From: Octopus sinensis
Lineage: Eukaryota
Reading direction: 5' to 3'
DNA length: 64,000 nucleotides
Assembly (NCBI RefSeq): GCF_006345805.1
Contig: NC_043011.1
Location: forward strand, 35,166,464-35,230,463
Shown here: in pieces, positions 14,428-27,532 of the stretch
How positions within the stretch are numbered: position 1 is the stretch's first letter
How the letters are laid out: the number at the start of each line of letters is the position of its first letter
The notes under the pieces: model-generated
What the model saw: only the letters and a program-made list of their open reading frames with translations
Database searches by the model: none
Told to the model about the DNA's origin: nothing
Made by a program: the position numbers and the translations under genes

Positions 14428-14580
14428 CGACAGCCCTCTTTCAGTTTCCGTGTACCTAATCCTCTCACAAGGCTTTGGTCGGCCCGAGGTTATAGCAGAA
14501 GTCACTTAGCAAAGGTGCCACACAGTAATACAGAACCCGGAACCATGTGGTTGATATGCAAGCTACTTACCACACAGCCA
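13238..14580. mobile_element. nested SINE cluster: B(-) 13238-13465, A(-) 13470-13855, diverged A 3' module(+) about 13870-14060, A(-) 14060-14580 split by B(+) 14166-14366
   Basis: Direct similarity to the reference A and B copies in this window. Confidence 0.8.
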
Positions 14581-14749
14581 TACACGGTATCCCAAAAGTC
14601 ATTGATGGGTTTCAGTTTTTAATAATTTCCTTAACCTTACAAATAAATGCATAAAAATTTGATGCAATATAAACGACATAATGGAAATTAATATGCACAA
14701 GTCAAATTTTACAACACCACTACATCACAAATGTGTCGCTTGTTTACCG

Positions 14750-15457
14750 TGGTTGAGCTATTCCTTACGCTGCTTCATATTGATGTACAGGCACCATTTT
14801 TCGTCGCCAGTAACGATTTGGTAAAGAAATCGTTGCTTGTGTCCATGAGTTGATCGGTGACGAGCAAGCAAACCAGCGGAGATTTTAGCTCGTTGATTTT
14901 GTTGTTGTCACTTAAAGCATGCGGAACCCATGCTCCATACTTCAGAACCTTTCCCATTGAGTGAAGATGCTTCTCTATAGCAGTGTGGGAGCATTCCACT
15001 TTCTCTGCCAGTTTCGTTGTCGTTTGACGAGAATTTTCGTATAAAAGTCGGTTTAATCGCTCTTCATCGAACTCAACTGGACGGCCAGAACGAGGTGCGT
15101 CTTTGAGGTCAAAATTTCCATTTTTGAACTTGGCATACCAATCACGAGCAGTTCTTTCAGCTATGGCACCCTCTCCATACACAGCACAAATGTTGCGAGC
15201 AGCTTTTGTGGTCTTAGAACCTTGACTAAAAGCAAAAAGAAGGTGTCAAAGACGCTCGTTTTTCCTAACTTGACATTCCATTTTAATGATCTGAAAATAA
15301 ACTAAAATTAACTAAAATTAACAAAAAAAACAAACAAACAAAAAAGATTCCAAAATGATTCAAAAATAGAATTTTCGAAACGAATAGATTCCAAGATTTA
15401 AAAACGCAATAAATACTAAAATTTAAAAAAAGGGCGGGAACTTAGATGCCAACCCAA
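14750..15457 (-). mobile_element. mariner transposon 5' half (transposase pseudogene fragment)
   Basis: ORF 14775-15182 reads W..KFKNGNFDLKDAPRSGRP...WVPHALS, and the frameshifted continuation reads IVTGDEKWCLY. The TIR TTGGGTTGGCATCTAAGTT begins at a TA within (TA)n. Confidence 0.9.
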
Positions 15458-15467
15458 TATATATATA

Positions 15468-15502
<35 letters not shown>

Positions 15503-15506
<4 letters not shown>

Positions 15507-15700
15507 TAATCCAAACATGAACACAACAACGCGAGGACGTGGAACAAGTATAGTGTTATTGGACGCTTATGAAAGGAAAGAAAGAAGAAGGATGAACGTT
15601 TTGAGCGGAGCTCTTCGTCAGAAACATAGAAAAAAAAAGAAAAAGTCCAAGGAAGGGAAAACGGAGAATGAAAATCGCCAACGATACACACGCGGTCACG
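15503..15700 (-). mobile_element. PLE 3' tail, family 2
   Basis: Homologous to 47198-47362, carries a hammerhead-like motif and abuts (TA)n. Confidence 0.65.
15592..15627 (-). ncRNA. hammerhead-like motif (G12 mutated)
   Basis: Minus strand reads TGTTT-CTGACGA-A-GAGC TCC GCTC-AAAA-CGT-T. Confidence 0.5.
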
Positions 15701-15849
15701 AAACTTGATGATTATAGTATATATGAAAGCGCTAACTTAACTTTATGAGCATTACAGCATATTTTTTAATGTTAAAATACCATAATAAAAAACTTGAAAA
15801 CCAGACCATGTTTTAACTTTATTCAGCTAATATATATATATATATATAT

Positions 15850-16015
15850 ATCGGGAGAACTCACAAAAATAAACAAAAAATGAACACAGGCGGTGTAGAC
15901 AACAAACAGATATATTAGTATAACGCTCGGGAAGTGAAAAAGTCTGTAACGTTTCGAGCCTACGCTCTTCCACAGAAAGGAACACAGAAAGAAACAAGGA
16001 GAGAAAATAAAAAAT
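15850..16015 (-). mobile_element. PLE 3' tail, family 1, with hammerhead-like motif at 15942-15980
   Basis: Minus strand reads CCTTT-CTGTGGA-A-GAGC GTAG GCTC-GAAA-CGT-T-ACAG. Flanked by (TA)n on both sides. Confidence 0.7.
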
Positions 16016-16016
16016 G

Positions 16017-16096
<80 letters not shown>

Positions 16097-17124
16097 CATG
16101 TATATGTATGTACGTAAATATGTATGTATGCATGCATGCATGTATGTATGTATGTATGTATGTATGTATGTATGTATGTATGTATGTATGTATGTATGTA
16201 TGTATTGGCAGATTCATTACAGCGTTGACTCGAAGTAAGAGGAAAGGCATCGTTCTATAAATCCTATAATATCTTGACAAGATTTTGGTTTTCTTTTTCA
16301 TATTCCTGATGAAAAAATGAAATCAAAGCAACAGTTATGTAATCTTTTGTTAAAGTTACTTTCATATATCCTGATATAACATTCTTTATTTCCACTCTAA
16401 CAACTTAACATATATCGTAACTTCGTAGTGCCTTTAAACAGTCATAACTCTTTCGTTACACACACATTCAGTGATCATAGGTATTCCAACCGTGACCATC
16501 CTGTCTTACTTTACGTTTTGTGCAAGTAAGCTTACATTTCCTATAATGTATCGCCTGTCTTATGACGTTAAGCTGTGAGTTGGAGAAGTAACCGTTCGTT
16601 CTAGTAAGTGAAGCACTCACGTTGACGCTACTTTTATTGGTTCAGGGAACTAATGAATAAAATACATAAGTTATCGTTTGTCTGCTGACTTAGTTAGCTT
16701 CGAGATCATTATCTTGTTACAGAACTTCTGTTATATCCACAAGCTAAATAAATAACAAAAAAAAAAAAATCATATTTTCTTGCTCAGAAAAGCTTCATGT
16801 AGAATTTATAGAAAGAAGAAAAAATCAATGGTTTTCTTTGATATCTTTCTCTCTAAAGACACCGAATATAAAATCACCAATCGCCGAATCTTCACACCAA
16901 ATTGGATATTTATAGATATCCAAAGTCAGCCACATAGTAATGTTATGGTTTTTATGTTTGTTTCCGAAATAAATAAAACGATAAACTTCTCACAGGTGAA
17001 GTAAATGAAATTGAATATGAAATACCTGCATTTTTCTCATCACCTTAATATGTAATCAGGTGAAATCTATGGAGAGTTGATTAACTCTTTTCATTCTAGT
17101 AAAATATGAATTTTCAATATCTAA

Positions 17125-17520
17125 GCGAAGAACATGGCTGTGTGGTGAAAAAACTCGCTTCTCAGTCACGTGGTTTTGAGTTCAGTCCCACCGTGCGATA
17201 CCCTAAGCATGTGTCCTCTGCTATAGTATCGAATCAACCATTGCATTGTGAGTGAGTTTGGTAGACGAAAACTGTACTGAAACCCATCGTGTATATGTGT
17301 GTATGTATGTGTTTGTACCTGTGTTTGTCCCACCCACCGATTGACGACCTGTGTTGGTTTGCGTACGTCTCCATAACTTAGCTGTTAGGAAAAAGAAATC
17401 GACAGAATAAGTACCCGCCTTACAATAAATACTAAGGTCGATTTGCTCGACTAAAAGCTTCAAGGCAGTGATCCAGCATGGTCGCAGTCCAATGATTGAA
17501 ACAAGTAAAAAATAAAAGAC
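17125..17520 (+). mobile_element. SINE A, diverged full-length copy
   Basis: Head, short microsatellite and 3' module are all recognisable. Confidence 0.8.
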
Positions 17521-17876
17521 GTAAGATAAGAATTTAAGCGTAACCATCTGAGTTTTTTTCTTCTTTCTCTAAAAATGAGAAACTTGTATGAAAGTATGAT
17601 TTTGTAAAATTATTGGAAGTAAAAAAACAAAACCATCATTCTTGTTTAGTTTCATTTATCGCAAAGTAAATTTCACTGAAGAGACATAACAAGCTTAAAA
17701 CACCGGTGTCTCAAAGTTCCCTTGCATCAATGAATCGATTGTGTCTAAAAGGTGAAGGTGTTCTTCGAGGAAGAAATGAAACAATGATTAACAAACACAT
17801 TTGCGGGCAAATCTACCGGAACGCAAGGCATATGACTATGTAGGCTAATGTTTTTATTCCCAGTGTTCAACATAAT

Positions 17877-18285
17877 CTCTTTACTCTTTCACTTGTTTCA
17901 GTCATTTGACTGCGGCCATGCTGGAGCACCGCCTTTAGTCGAGCAAATCGACGCCGGGACTTATTCTTTGTAAGCCCAGTACTTACTCTATCGGTCTCTT
18001 TTGCTGAACCGCTAAGTGACGGGGACGTAAACACACCAGCATCGGTTGTCAAGCAATGCTAGGGGGACAAACACAGACACACAAACATACACACACATAC
18101 ATATATATATATACATATATACGACAGGCTTCTTTTAGCTTCCGTCTACCAAATCCACTCACAAGGCATTGGTCGGCCCGAGGCTATAGCAGAAGACACT
18201 TGCCCAAGATGCCACGCAGTGGGACTGAATCCGGAACCGTGTGGTTGGTAAGCAAGCTACTTACTACACAGCCACTCCTGCGCCT
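17877..18285 (-). mobile_element. SINE A, young full-length copy
   Basis: Near-identical to the reverse complement of 4002-4447 apart from microsatellite length. Confidence 0.9.
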
Positions 18286-19105
18286 ATATGTATATGATAA
18301 TTCAATAATGTTTATTATTAAACTCACTGCATTTGGCTGATACTTATTTTATCGACCTATGACGGCTGAAACACAAAGATTGACTGTGTTTTTCATTTTA
18401 TCAAAGCCTTTCCAATAAGAGCCAATCTTTCTTATTTAGTAAGTCAACAGTGTGGCTGTGGTGAAGAGAATGGTGTGTCCGCGAATGTGGCCAATCTCTC
18501 TCTCCTTCCTTCTCTCTCTTTCGAGAGAGAGAGAGAGAGAGAGAGAGGCGGATGACAGAGAGCAGTGAGGAACGATAAGTTTTGCTCAACTAATAATTCA
18601 TTTACCAGCGAATACATCAACTGCTACTTCCTCCAAAATATATGTGATCTTGTAACTAAGTCATAACCCATCAGAAGCAGGCAAAAGGGTAGCAATCTGG
18701 CAGAATCGTTAAAGCGTTCGAAGACATACTTTCTCAGTATTTGTTCTGAGCCTTTTTACATCATGAGTTCAAATCTCACCAAGGTCAAATTTGTTTTTTA
18801 CCATTTCGGGGGCTTGATTAAATTGTAGTGCCAGTCAAATAACGGGGTCGGTGGCATTGACTACTCATCCCTCAAAATTATTCGTCTCGGGAATAAATAA
18901 GAAATAATTCTATGTACAATCGTGTTTTACAAAGATCGAAACTCTGTATTCACTTGTTCCATATTCATTCGAAACCAATTCTAACTCCTCCCAAATATTT
19001 GGTCGTCTTATATAAAATAGAAAATAAATAAATAAAGAAAGAAAGACAGATAAAAAGGAAGAAAACCATCAGAAAACACAATAAGCAGAAGACCTTTTTT
19101 TCTGG

Positions 19106-19167
<62 letters not shown>

Positions 19168-19322
19168 GACAGACAGACAGACAGAGACAGAGACACACAG
19201 ACACACAGACAGACAGGCATACATACAGGGATGGCGTAGTGGTTAAGAGCGCGAGCTACTAACCCCAATATTTCGAGTTCGATTCCAGGCAGTGACCTGA
19301 ATAATGATAATAATAATAATAA

Positions 19323-20770
19323 TACAAATACTTAGGAATCCATGAACTAGATAAGACACAACACACACAAATGAAAGAGAAAATAAAAAAAGAATATTAT
19401 AGACGAGTTAGATCAATACTAAACACAGAGCTCAATGCTAAAAACAAGATAATAGGTATCAACACTTTAGCTGTCCCAGTTATAAGTTACAGCTACAATA
19501 TCCTTAACTGGACACGAAATGACCTGACCAAAATAGATAGGAAAACAAGAAAAATAATGACAGGATCTAGGATGCATCACCCAAAATCTGACATAGAAAG
19601 ACTAGATATACAACGTATAGCAGGTGGTAGAGGCCTTATACAGCTGGAAAACTACTATAAAATAACCACCATAGGACTGCAAAAATATCTACTTCAGAAG
19701 GAAGGAAAACTGATCCAGATAGCGGCAAAACACGAGCAAAACAAAAAACTGTTTTCAGTATTTAAGGAAGCTGACAAATACAAACAAGAAATCATACCAC
19801 CTAATAAACATGAAGAAGAAGAAGAAGAAGAAGAAGATGAAGAAACAACAAAAGCTATAAAACAAATGAAATCCAAACTAAAAATAGAACAGCAACGAAC
19901 CATGATAAAACGATGGCAAGAAAAGCCCCTTCATGGTAAATACTGGACTAAACTAAACGCAAAAGAAATAGACAAAGAAAAATCCCAGCAATGGTTGAGA
20001 AGCTCAGGACTCAAAGCAGAAACAGAGGGATTTTTAATTGCAGCACAAGACCAAAGCCTCCCCACCAGAAATTACCAAAAACATGTAATGAAAAGAAATA
20101 TTACAATAACTGTAGAATATGTGGAGATGGACAAGAAACAATAAATCATATTATCTCTAGCTGCCCAGTCCTGGCTAAGAAGGAATATATTCACAGACAT
20201 GACAGAGTTGGAACCTACATACATTGGAAGCTATTATGGAATAACAACAGAAAAAAGATGGTATAGGCACACACCAGAAAAGGTCACAGAAAACGAGAAA
20301 GCAACCATACTCTGGGATATGCCGATACACACAGATAGAGAAATTAAGGCCAACAGACCAGATATAGTTGTCAGAGATCATGAAGAAAAAAAATGCTTTC
20401 TAATTGATGTATCAATACCGGCTGATGACAACGTGTCTCTAAAAGAAATGGAGAAACTCTCAAAATACAAAGACCTGGAAATAGAGGTAACTAGAATGTG
20501 GAATCTGAAAACAGAAACAATTCCTATCATAGTAGGTGCATTAGGCATGATAAAAAAATATTCAGACAAATACATAACAAAAACACCAGGACTTACAAAC
20601 ACATATAACATACAGAAAATTGCACTACTAGGCACTGCACACATCCTACGCAGAACACTTTCCATACAATAACCATCAGAGCATCACAACAAATCACAGC
20701 ACATACCCAAGGCACACAGAGCTGCGCTCGGTAGTGAAGTGAAAGCACGCTATAAAAATAAAAACTACTG
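19323..20770 (+). mobile_element. 5'-truncated R4/Dong-clade non-LTR retrotransposon (RT end, CCHC knuckle, restriction-like endonuclease), frameshifted
   Basis: Starts at YKYLG and continues GGRGL...AAQDQSLPTRNY, CRICG..ETINHIISSC and RPDIVV..LIDVSIP..KLSKYKDL, ending LLGTAHILRRTL. Bounded by (AAT)n on both sides. Confidence 0.92.
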
Positions 20771-20845
20771 AATAATAATAATAATAATATAATAATAATA
20801 ATAAAATAATAATAATATAATAATAATATAATAATAATAATAATA

Positions 20846-21134
20846 AGAGATATGACAAGTTAGCTTGGGAAGTTAAGCAGTTCTAGTCGATGAAAAAAGG
20901 TAGCAGTAGTACCAATAATTGTCGGAGCCCTGGGAACAGTGAGAAAAATCTAGAGAAGTACGTGGAACAAATAGGGGCTGCAATAAGAGTGGAGCACTTG
21001 CAGAAATCAGCACTGCTTGGAACCGCTCGAATACTCCGGAAGGTGCTCGAAAAATAAGAGGTGTTACCTTAGTTCACTGCTAGTGAGCAGTTGACACTGT
21101 AACACATCTCCAGCGTTAGAAGCTGTGCTAAGAC
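20846..21134 (+). mobile_element. R4/Dong-like 3' end, second family, copy 1
   Basis: Translates as YDKLAWEVK..VVPIIVGALGTV..LQKSALLGTARILRKVLEK*. Flanked by (AAT)n. Confidence 0.85.
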
Positions 21135-21203
<69 letters not shown>

Positions 21204-21204
<1 letters not shown>

Positions 21205-21493
21205 GAGATATGACAAGTTAGCTTGGGAAGTTAAGCAGTTCTAGTCGATGAAAAAAGGTAGCAGTAGTACCAATAATTGTCGGAGCCCTGGGAACAGTGA
21301 GAAAAAATCTAGAGAAGTACGTGGAACAAATAGGGGCTGCAATAAGAGTGGAGCACTTGCAGAAATCAGCACTGCTTGGAACCGCTCGAATACTCCGGAA
21401 GGTGCTCGAAAAATAAGAGGTGTTACCTTAGTTCACTGCTAGTGAGCAGTTGACACTGTAACACATCTCCAGCGTTAGAAGCTGTGCTAAGAC
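21204..21493 (+). mobile_element. R4/Dong-like 3' end, second family, copy 2
   Basis: Appears identical to 20846-21134, with the same 5' truncation point. Confidence 0.85.
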
Positions 21494-21537
<44 letters not shown>

Positions 21538-21592
21538 CAACAATATCGAAAAATACCCTAGGAATGAGAACCCAGGTTCGAAATTTCCCCAA

Positions 21593-21638
21593 GACATCTG
21601 AAGAAGGCTGGAGGGTATATCAGCCGAAACGTTGTGTT
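21593..21638 (+). ncRNA. type I hammerhead ribozyme motif (minimal, PLE-style)
   Basis: GACAT-CTGAAGA-A-GGCTG GAGGGTATAT CAGCC-GAAA-CGT-T-GTGTT. The core is intact, stem II has 5 bp, stem III is the palindrome ACGT, and stem I has 5 bp including two wobbles. Predicted cleavage is after 21633. Confidence 0.75.
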
Positions 21639-22197
21639 AACAAACAAACAAGACGGAGGACAAATATCTGTCAAATGTAAATAATGTAAGTAATGTACAT
21701 AATTCCTCAACTCTTAAATATAGAACTGAATATTATTATTATTATTATTTGAAGATTCTAGCTAAGACGTCTCTATTTCCTGCCGTATATCACCATTGTC
21801 TATTGCATATATCCTAAGCTATTTACTCGTTATGCCATTATTCTAAGACATGTCCTTAGCAATCAATCATGTCTTCTCTATTTCTCTCTCCCTCTCCCTC
21901 TCTCCCTCTCTCTGTCTCTCTGTATGAGCTGGTGCTAGATACAGTTCTGGCTTGAAAGCTTTTCAATTCACTTACAATGCTACGAATATAGATTTCTCAC
22001 ACATCAACTGTTCAACACCGTAAACTTGCTGCAGTGGAAGCGATGACGGGACGGCGGTTGCAGTCGATTCGGTCAAACCCAGTTTACATATCTTTTATTA
22101 TTTTGCTTGTTTCATTCATTGGACTGCAGCATTGTTCAGGCATCGTCATGAAGGGTACATAGTTTTTAATTATAGTACTATTCTGACGGTGTGCGGT

Positions 22198-22490
22198 GTG
22201 GAGGCACATGGCCTAGTGGTTAGAGCAACGGAGTCGCGGTCGAGGGATCGCGGGTTCGAATCTCGATGTGTGTGTTTATGAGCGAAACACCTAAGCTCTA
22301 CGGGGCTCCGGCCGAAGGTAATGGCGAATTTCTGCTGACACTTTCGCCACAACATTCTCTCACTCTTTCCTCCTGAATCTTGCAGCTCACCTGCGACGGA
22401 CCCGCGTCGAGTACAGGTGGGAAACCTATACGCCAAGGAAACCGGGAAACCGGCCGTTATGAGCCAGGCGTGGCTCGAGAAAGAACAAAC
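22198..22490 (+). mobile_element. SINE family E
   Basis: Homologous to 12561-12865. Confidence 0.8.
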
Positions 22491-22689
22491 TATTCTAACG
22501 GCCTATTTTTATCGAGTCACTAAGTTACGGGGAATTAAACAAACGAACACCAGTTGTTATGCATGGGAGGGAGAGACAAAGACAAAGGCATACACACACG
22601 ACGGAGTCACGGGTTCTCACTCTGTTTCCGTCTAGAAAATCTACTCACAAGGCAAGAATCGGCCCAGGGCTATTCCTTGAAGGATACTT

Positions 22690-23100
<411 letters not shown>

Positions 23101-23444
23101 TTCTGTAAATTCTGTTGTGCCTTATAATTTAACACATTCACCGGTAAAATTTCCACTTATTTCTTATTTTTATTTTATTTTTATTTTTATTTTCATTTTT
23201 CGGTGAGTGTGTTAAATTATAAGGCAAAAGAAGAAAATGACTCTTCCCAGACACAACTGAATATACTCCTACGCACGAACTCACATAAAGAATCTTGCAA
23301 ACCAAATCCAAAAACGAAATAATTCCGTTAAGTTGAAAGACAAATTCGGCATTGCTGCAATCTGAACTTAGAGCATAAGCATTGAATCCAGCACCCTACT
23401 ATTTCCACCAGCTACTTTCGTAGCAACTCTGACGATATCGCTTC

Positions 23445-23640
23445 CAAATTTTGGCACCAGGCCAGCAATTTCTTGGGAGGCTGCAAGTTGATTACATCCA
23501 CCAGTACTAAACTGGTATTTAATCCCTCCACTCCTAAAGAATAAAAGGTGAAGTCAACTTCGGCGGAATTTAAACTCAGAATGTACAGACGGATGACATG
23601 CTGCTAAGCATTGTGACCGGGATGCTAACGATTCTACAAT
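23445..23640 (-). mobile_element. old SINE B-type copy
   Basis: Contains AAAAGGTGAAGTCAACTTCGGCGGAATTTAAACTCAGAA, the reverse complement of the B core. Confidence 0.7.
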
Positions 23641-24184
23641 CTCCCCTCCGTTCGCAACCCTAAGGCGACTAAAACATAAAACTGCCACAAAGCACCATTC
23701 TATCGTCTGCTCTTATGGATATGACTTTGTTGTCTCGATAACCTTTTACTGAGCCTGCATTGGATTAGAACTTCTGTATTATTCAGGAAGGTATTTCGTC
23801 GGATATTTCGATCTCAGAATTTTGTCATGTTCTAATGATTTCTTTCGCCAAAGATATGAAAATGTTAAGTGATAATGGAGTAGAGTGAGATAACGGAGTC
23901 GCACATTTATATTGCAAATTACGCCTGCTCGAATGTAGCGCTATTCATTCCACACACACACACACACACACACGCACTTACTCACAAACATATGTATGTA
24001 TGTTTCTCTATGTGATTATATAAGTGTGCGTATGTGTGTGTGTGTGTACATACATGTATATGCGTATATATGTGAAAGTATAAACGAGAGAGAATACATG
24101 GAGCAAATTTTATATTGCATAATACTACACTATGTATCCAAATTGAATTGGTATAAATATATCTATTGATACATGCATACACGC

Positions 24185-24780
<596 letters not shown>

Positions 24781-25537
24781 CTTTCTTATTTCCCCATAGT
24801 TATAAATAATTGTGTTACTTTGCAGTGGCAGAAATATGAGAAATATTAGTGTCAATCGGATCTCGTTTTTGGAAATCATTCTATAGCATCCATGCGTACA
24901 TTTTATTTATAAGGTCAATGGCGGATTTTCTCGAATCTTCTATGAGTGTTTCGGCACAAAAACTAGGGCGTTTCTTTTGATAGCGACATCCTGTCACGGC
25001 TGCCTCAAGATATGACTGACTGCAACTTATGTCAGAAGGTGTGGTAATTATCTGCATTGGTGGTTTAACACTTGCTGGTTTAACACTCGCCATATTCAGT
25101 ATAACAACAATAACAACCCGCCCCTCCCTAGTTCAGGCGCCAGAGCCACACAATCCAAAATCTCAGGCGAGAAGATTTTAAACTACACTGAAACAGGCCT
25201 TTTTATTCTTTGAAAAGCTCAGGAAGAATTTTACTAAATAACCATCTCATATTCCATAGCAGAGTACACATCAATTGGGCAATCCATGACTCCAGTTTCT
25301 TCAATGGGTGCGAGAAAAATAATATCGCCAGCCGACGCAGTCAAGCGCTGAAGGCATTTAGCATCTAGAGATTTCAGGAGCAACTTTCGGTCACTTGGTG
25401 GAGTAGGGATTTTGTATGTAGATGTTCTTGGTCAGACCGATGCCAGCAGCATTGTATCCACTCTATACAGGCATCAAATGAAATGTTTTGACTAGTCTAT
25501 AGGCGTAGGAATGGCTGTGTGGTAAGTAGCTTGCTTA

Positions 25538-27532
25538 TGCATGCGTGTTTGTTAGTTGCTTATTGGATTGAATACTGTCAAGACGTACTTTCGCGGACTT
25601 CTTGAATCGAAGAACTGTTGAAGAGGCGCGACTTGGTTTTTAAGGGACTCAGTGGGGGGGGGTGTATGACATTTCATATAAGAAATTCTCACTGGGTCTC
25701 GAACATTGGTCTGCTGCGGTGAGAATTGTTTTGTTTTGGCGGGCGTGTCTCGCTACCAAAATTTGAAAAGTTTATAAAAATTCGGCCCATTCGTGGAGGA
25801 ATTCTTTTGTCTGCTACTGTGAATTCGAGTACCTGTATGAAGTAATATTCTTGAGGATTACCTGTGGATTATTTGCGGATTACCTGTGGACCCGGATTAC
25901 CTAAGTGGCGGAATTGTGTTGCCGTGCCTGTCTTCCTTCGTTCTTTTTTCTCTGCTCTGTCTTTCTGTTCTTTCTTTGTGTTCCTTTGGACTTTTTATTT
26001 GAACATTTTGAACTTTTTGTTGGACATTTTTCCTGTTTGTTTGGTTTTTTTTGCGAAGCATGGCAAAAAATAAAAACACCGTCCTGGGGTGGGAAATTGT
26101 GCCCCCAAGCAGTGGATGAAGGTCTTTAATGAGAGAACGGTGGTGTTGAGGACATACTCCAAGTCCCTCGACACCACCACTGTGTCCTCTCAAGTGGACA
26201 TTGAGAAAGAGTTGGCAGAATACTTGCCGACTATTAAGTTTATTGCAAGGGATGTCAAATATGCAAAAGTGTGGTTGCTATTTGATACCCCTGAGGAGGC
26301 TCGCATTTTTGCGAGCCAGACCCTGGAAGGGGAGAAAATTCTGTTTCTTCCCACATATCGTGGGACGAAATTGACAAAAGCTTGGGTGTGTGGGCTGCCA
26401 CCCGGAATAGAGCCCGAGTGGATGGAGGAAACTATCTGCCGGGGTCTGGGTGGTAGCGGAGCCAAGCTCTTGAATGTTAAAATGCTTCCTGCGGTTGATT
26501 GGGTGGGGTCAAAAGCAGTTTTCACCCTGTAGACCCAGTCAACAGATGATCTGATGTTCCCAGATATTTTGAGGATGGCCGGGTCCAAGTATCCGGTGAC
26601 CCTTGAGGGACGCCCTCCCCCAAGTGTCGTCAATGCCCGGAGCCTGGCCACATTAAAAAGAATTGTCCCCAGGACCAGAGCATGTCCTGGAGCAGTTAGT
26701 TGTGGAAGACGAGGGAGTAACCTCCCCCGGAAAAAAGGGAAGAAAAAGGAAGAAGGGGAGCAACAATGGTTGCTCTCCGAGGGATCCCAAGGTTGCGTGT
26801 GGAAGCGAAGTTCCTGCGATTATGGCGAAGGAGCCAAGCCTCTCGCACCAAAGATAAAAAGGAAAAATAAAAAGAGAATGGGACAGTGCCGGAGGTGTGC
26901 AATGTTCTGCCGGCATGTCCCGAGGCCTCTTCGGTGGGAATCATGCCACCGACAGAGGAAGTTGTGGCCCCTCCCAGTGAAAGTAAAAAATATGTGGTAT
27001 TCTATCTTAGGGAAGGGGTTGTTGACAACTTTGTTGAGAGTTGTCTTGAAGGTCAGGACCTGATGGATTCGGCCTGTACTGATTATCAGCATTGGCCGCC
27101 GCAGGTGGCGGTGCTGGTGGTGAAAGAAAGAGAGTTCCTTCGAATAGTGGAGTCCTGTTCGAAGAAATATTAGAGTTATATCTTTTGGTGCCCCGACTTG
27201 CAGTTGAGGGATTGCCTGCAGGCAGCAAGAGAATTGATAGGGGGTGGTTGAAGAGACTTGGTGTCTCAGTCTGTGTAACAGGTTTATAGCCTCATTTTTG
27301 TGTGTTCTTTTTTGTAGAAAGACAAAAAGAAAATTTGTAATAAACTAAAATAAGAGGTTTAAAGCCTCATTTTCTTTTTTTCAAAAGGCAAAGCATTAGA
27401 GAAGCAAAAAATCGGCGAGCCTTTTTTGTCTTCTCCCATCAATATAATTCTTTCCTCATTCATCTCATTAATGTTTCTGTCCAGCCTGCAAGCTACTCTT
27501 TGTAATGCCGTCATGGCAAATTTTATGAAATA
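25538..27532 (+). mobile_element. Tx1/L1-like element carrying only ORF1, with a 14-bp TSD
   Basis: TSD AAGTAGCTTG(C/T)TTA at 25524-25537 and 27533-27546. About 520 bp of 5' UTR precedes the ORF1 remnant, and AATAAA lies near 27347. Confidence 0.7.
26060..27173 (+). pseudogene. disrupted LINE ORF1 (RRM-like region plus CCHC zinc knuckle)
   Basis: Frameshifted or stopped ORFs include AKVWLLFDTPEEAR..TKAWVCGLPPGI..YPVTLEGRPP. The knuckle CRQCPEPGHIKKNC (CX2CX4HX4C) is at 26625-26666. Confidence 0.75.

Larger units (their letters stand above)
19228..21730 (+). mobile_element. SINE family F: tRNA-like head (19228-19300), (AAT)n, hammerhead-bearing 3' module (about 21540-21730), split by R4/Dong insertions
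   Basis: A box TGGCGTAGTGG, loop CTACTAA (like tRNA-Ser CTGCTAA) and B box GAGTTCGATTCC. The head and tail both abut the same (AAT)n tract. Joining them as one element is inference plus recall of a similar octopus repeat. Confidence 0.65.

Noticed and set aside
16303-16328. CTGATGA...GAAA spacing
   Set aside because: There is no stem II or III pairing, so it is a chance match in A-rich sequence.
19228-19300. Possible tRNA-Ser gene
   Set aside because: It has no proper acceptor stem or variable arm and runs into (AAT)n, so it is a SINE head. The same applies to the other tRNA-like heads.
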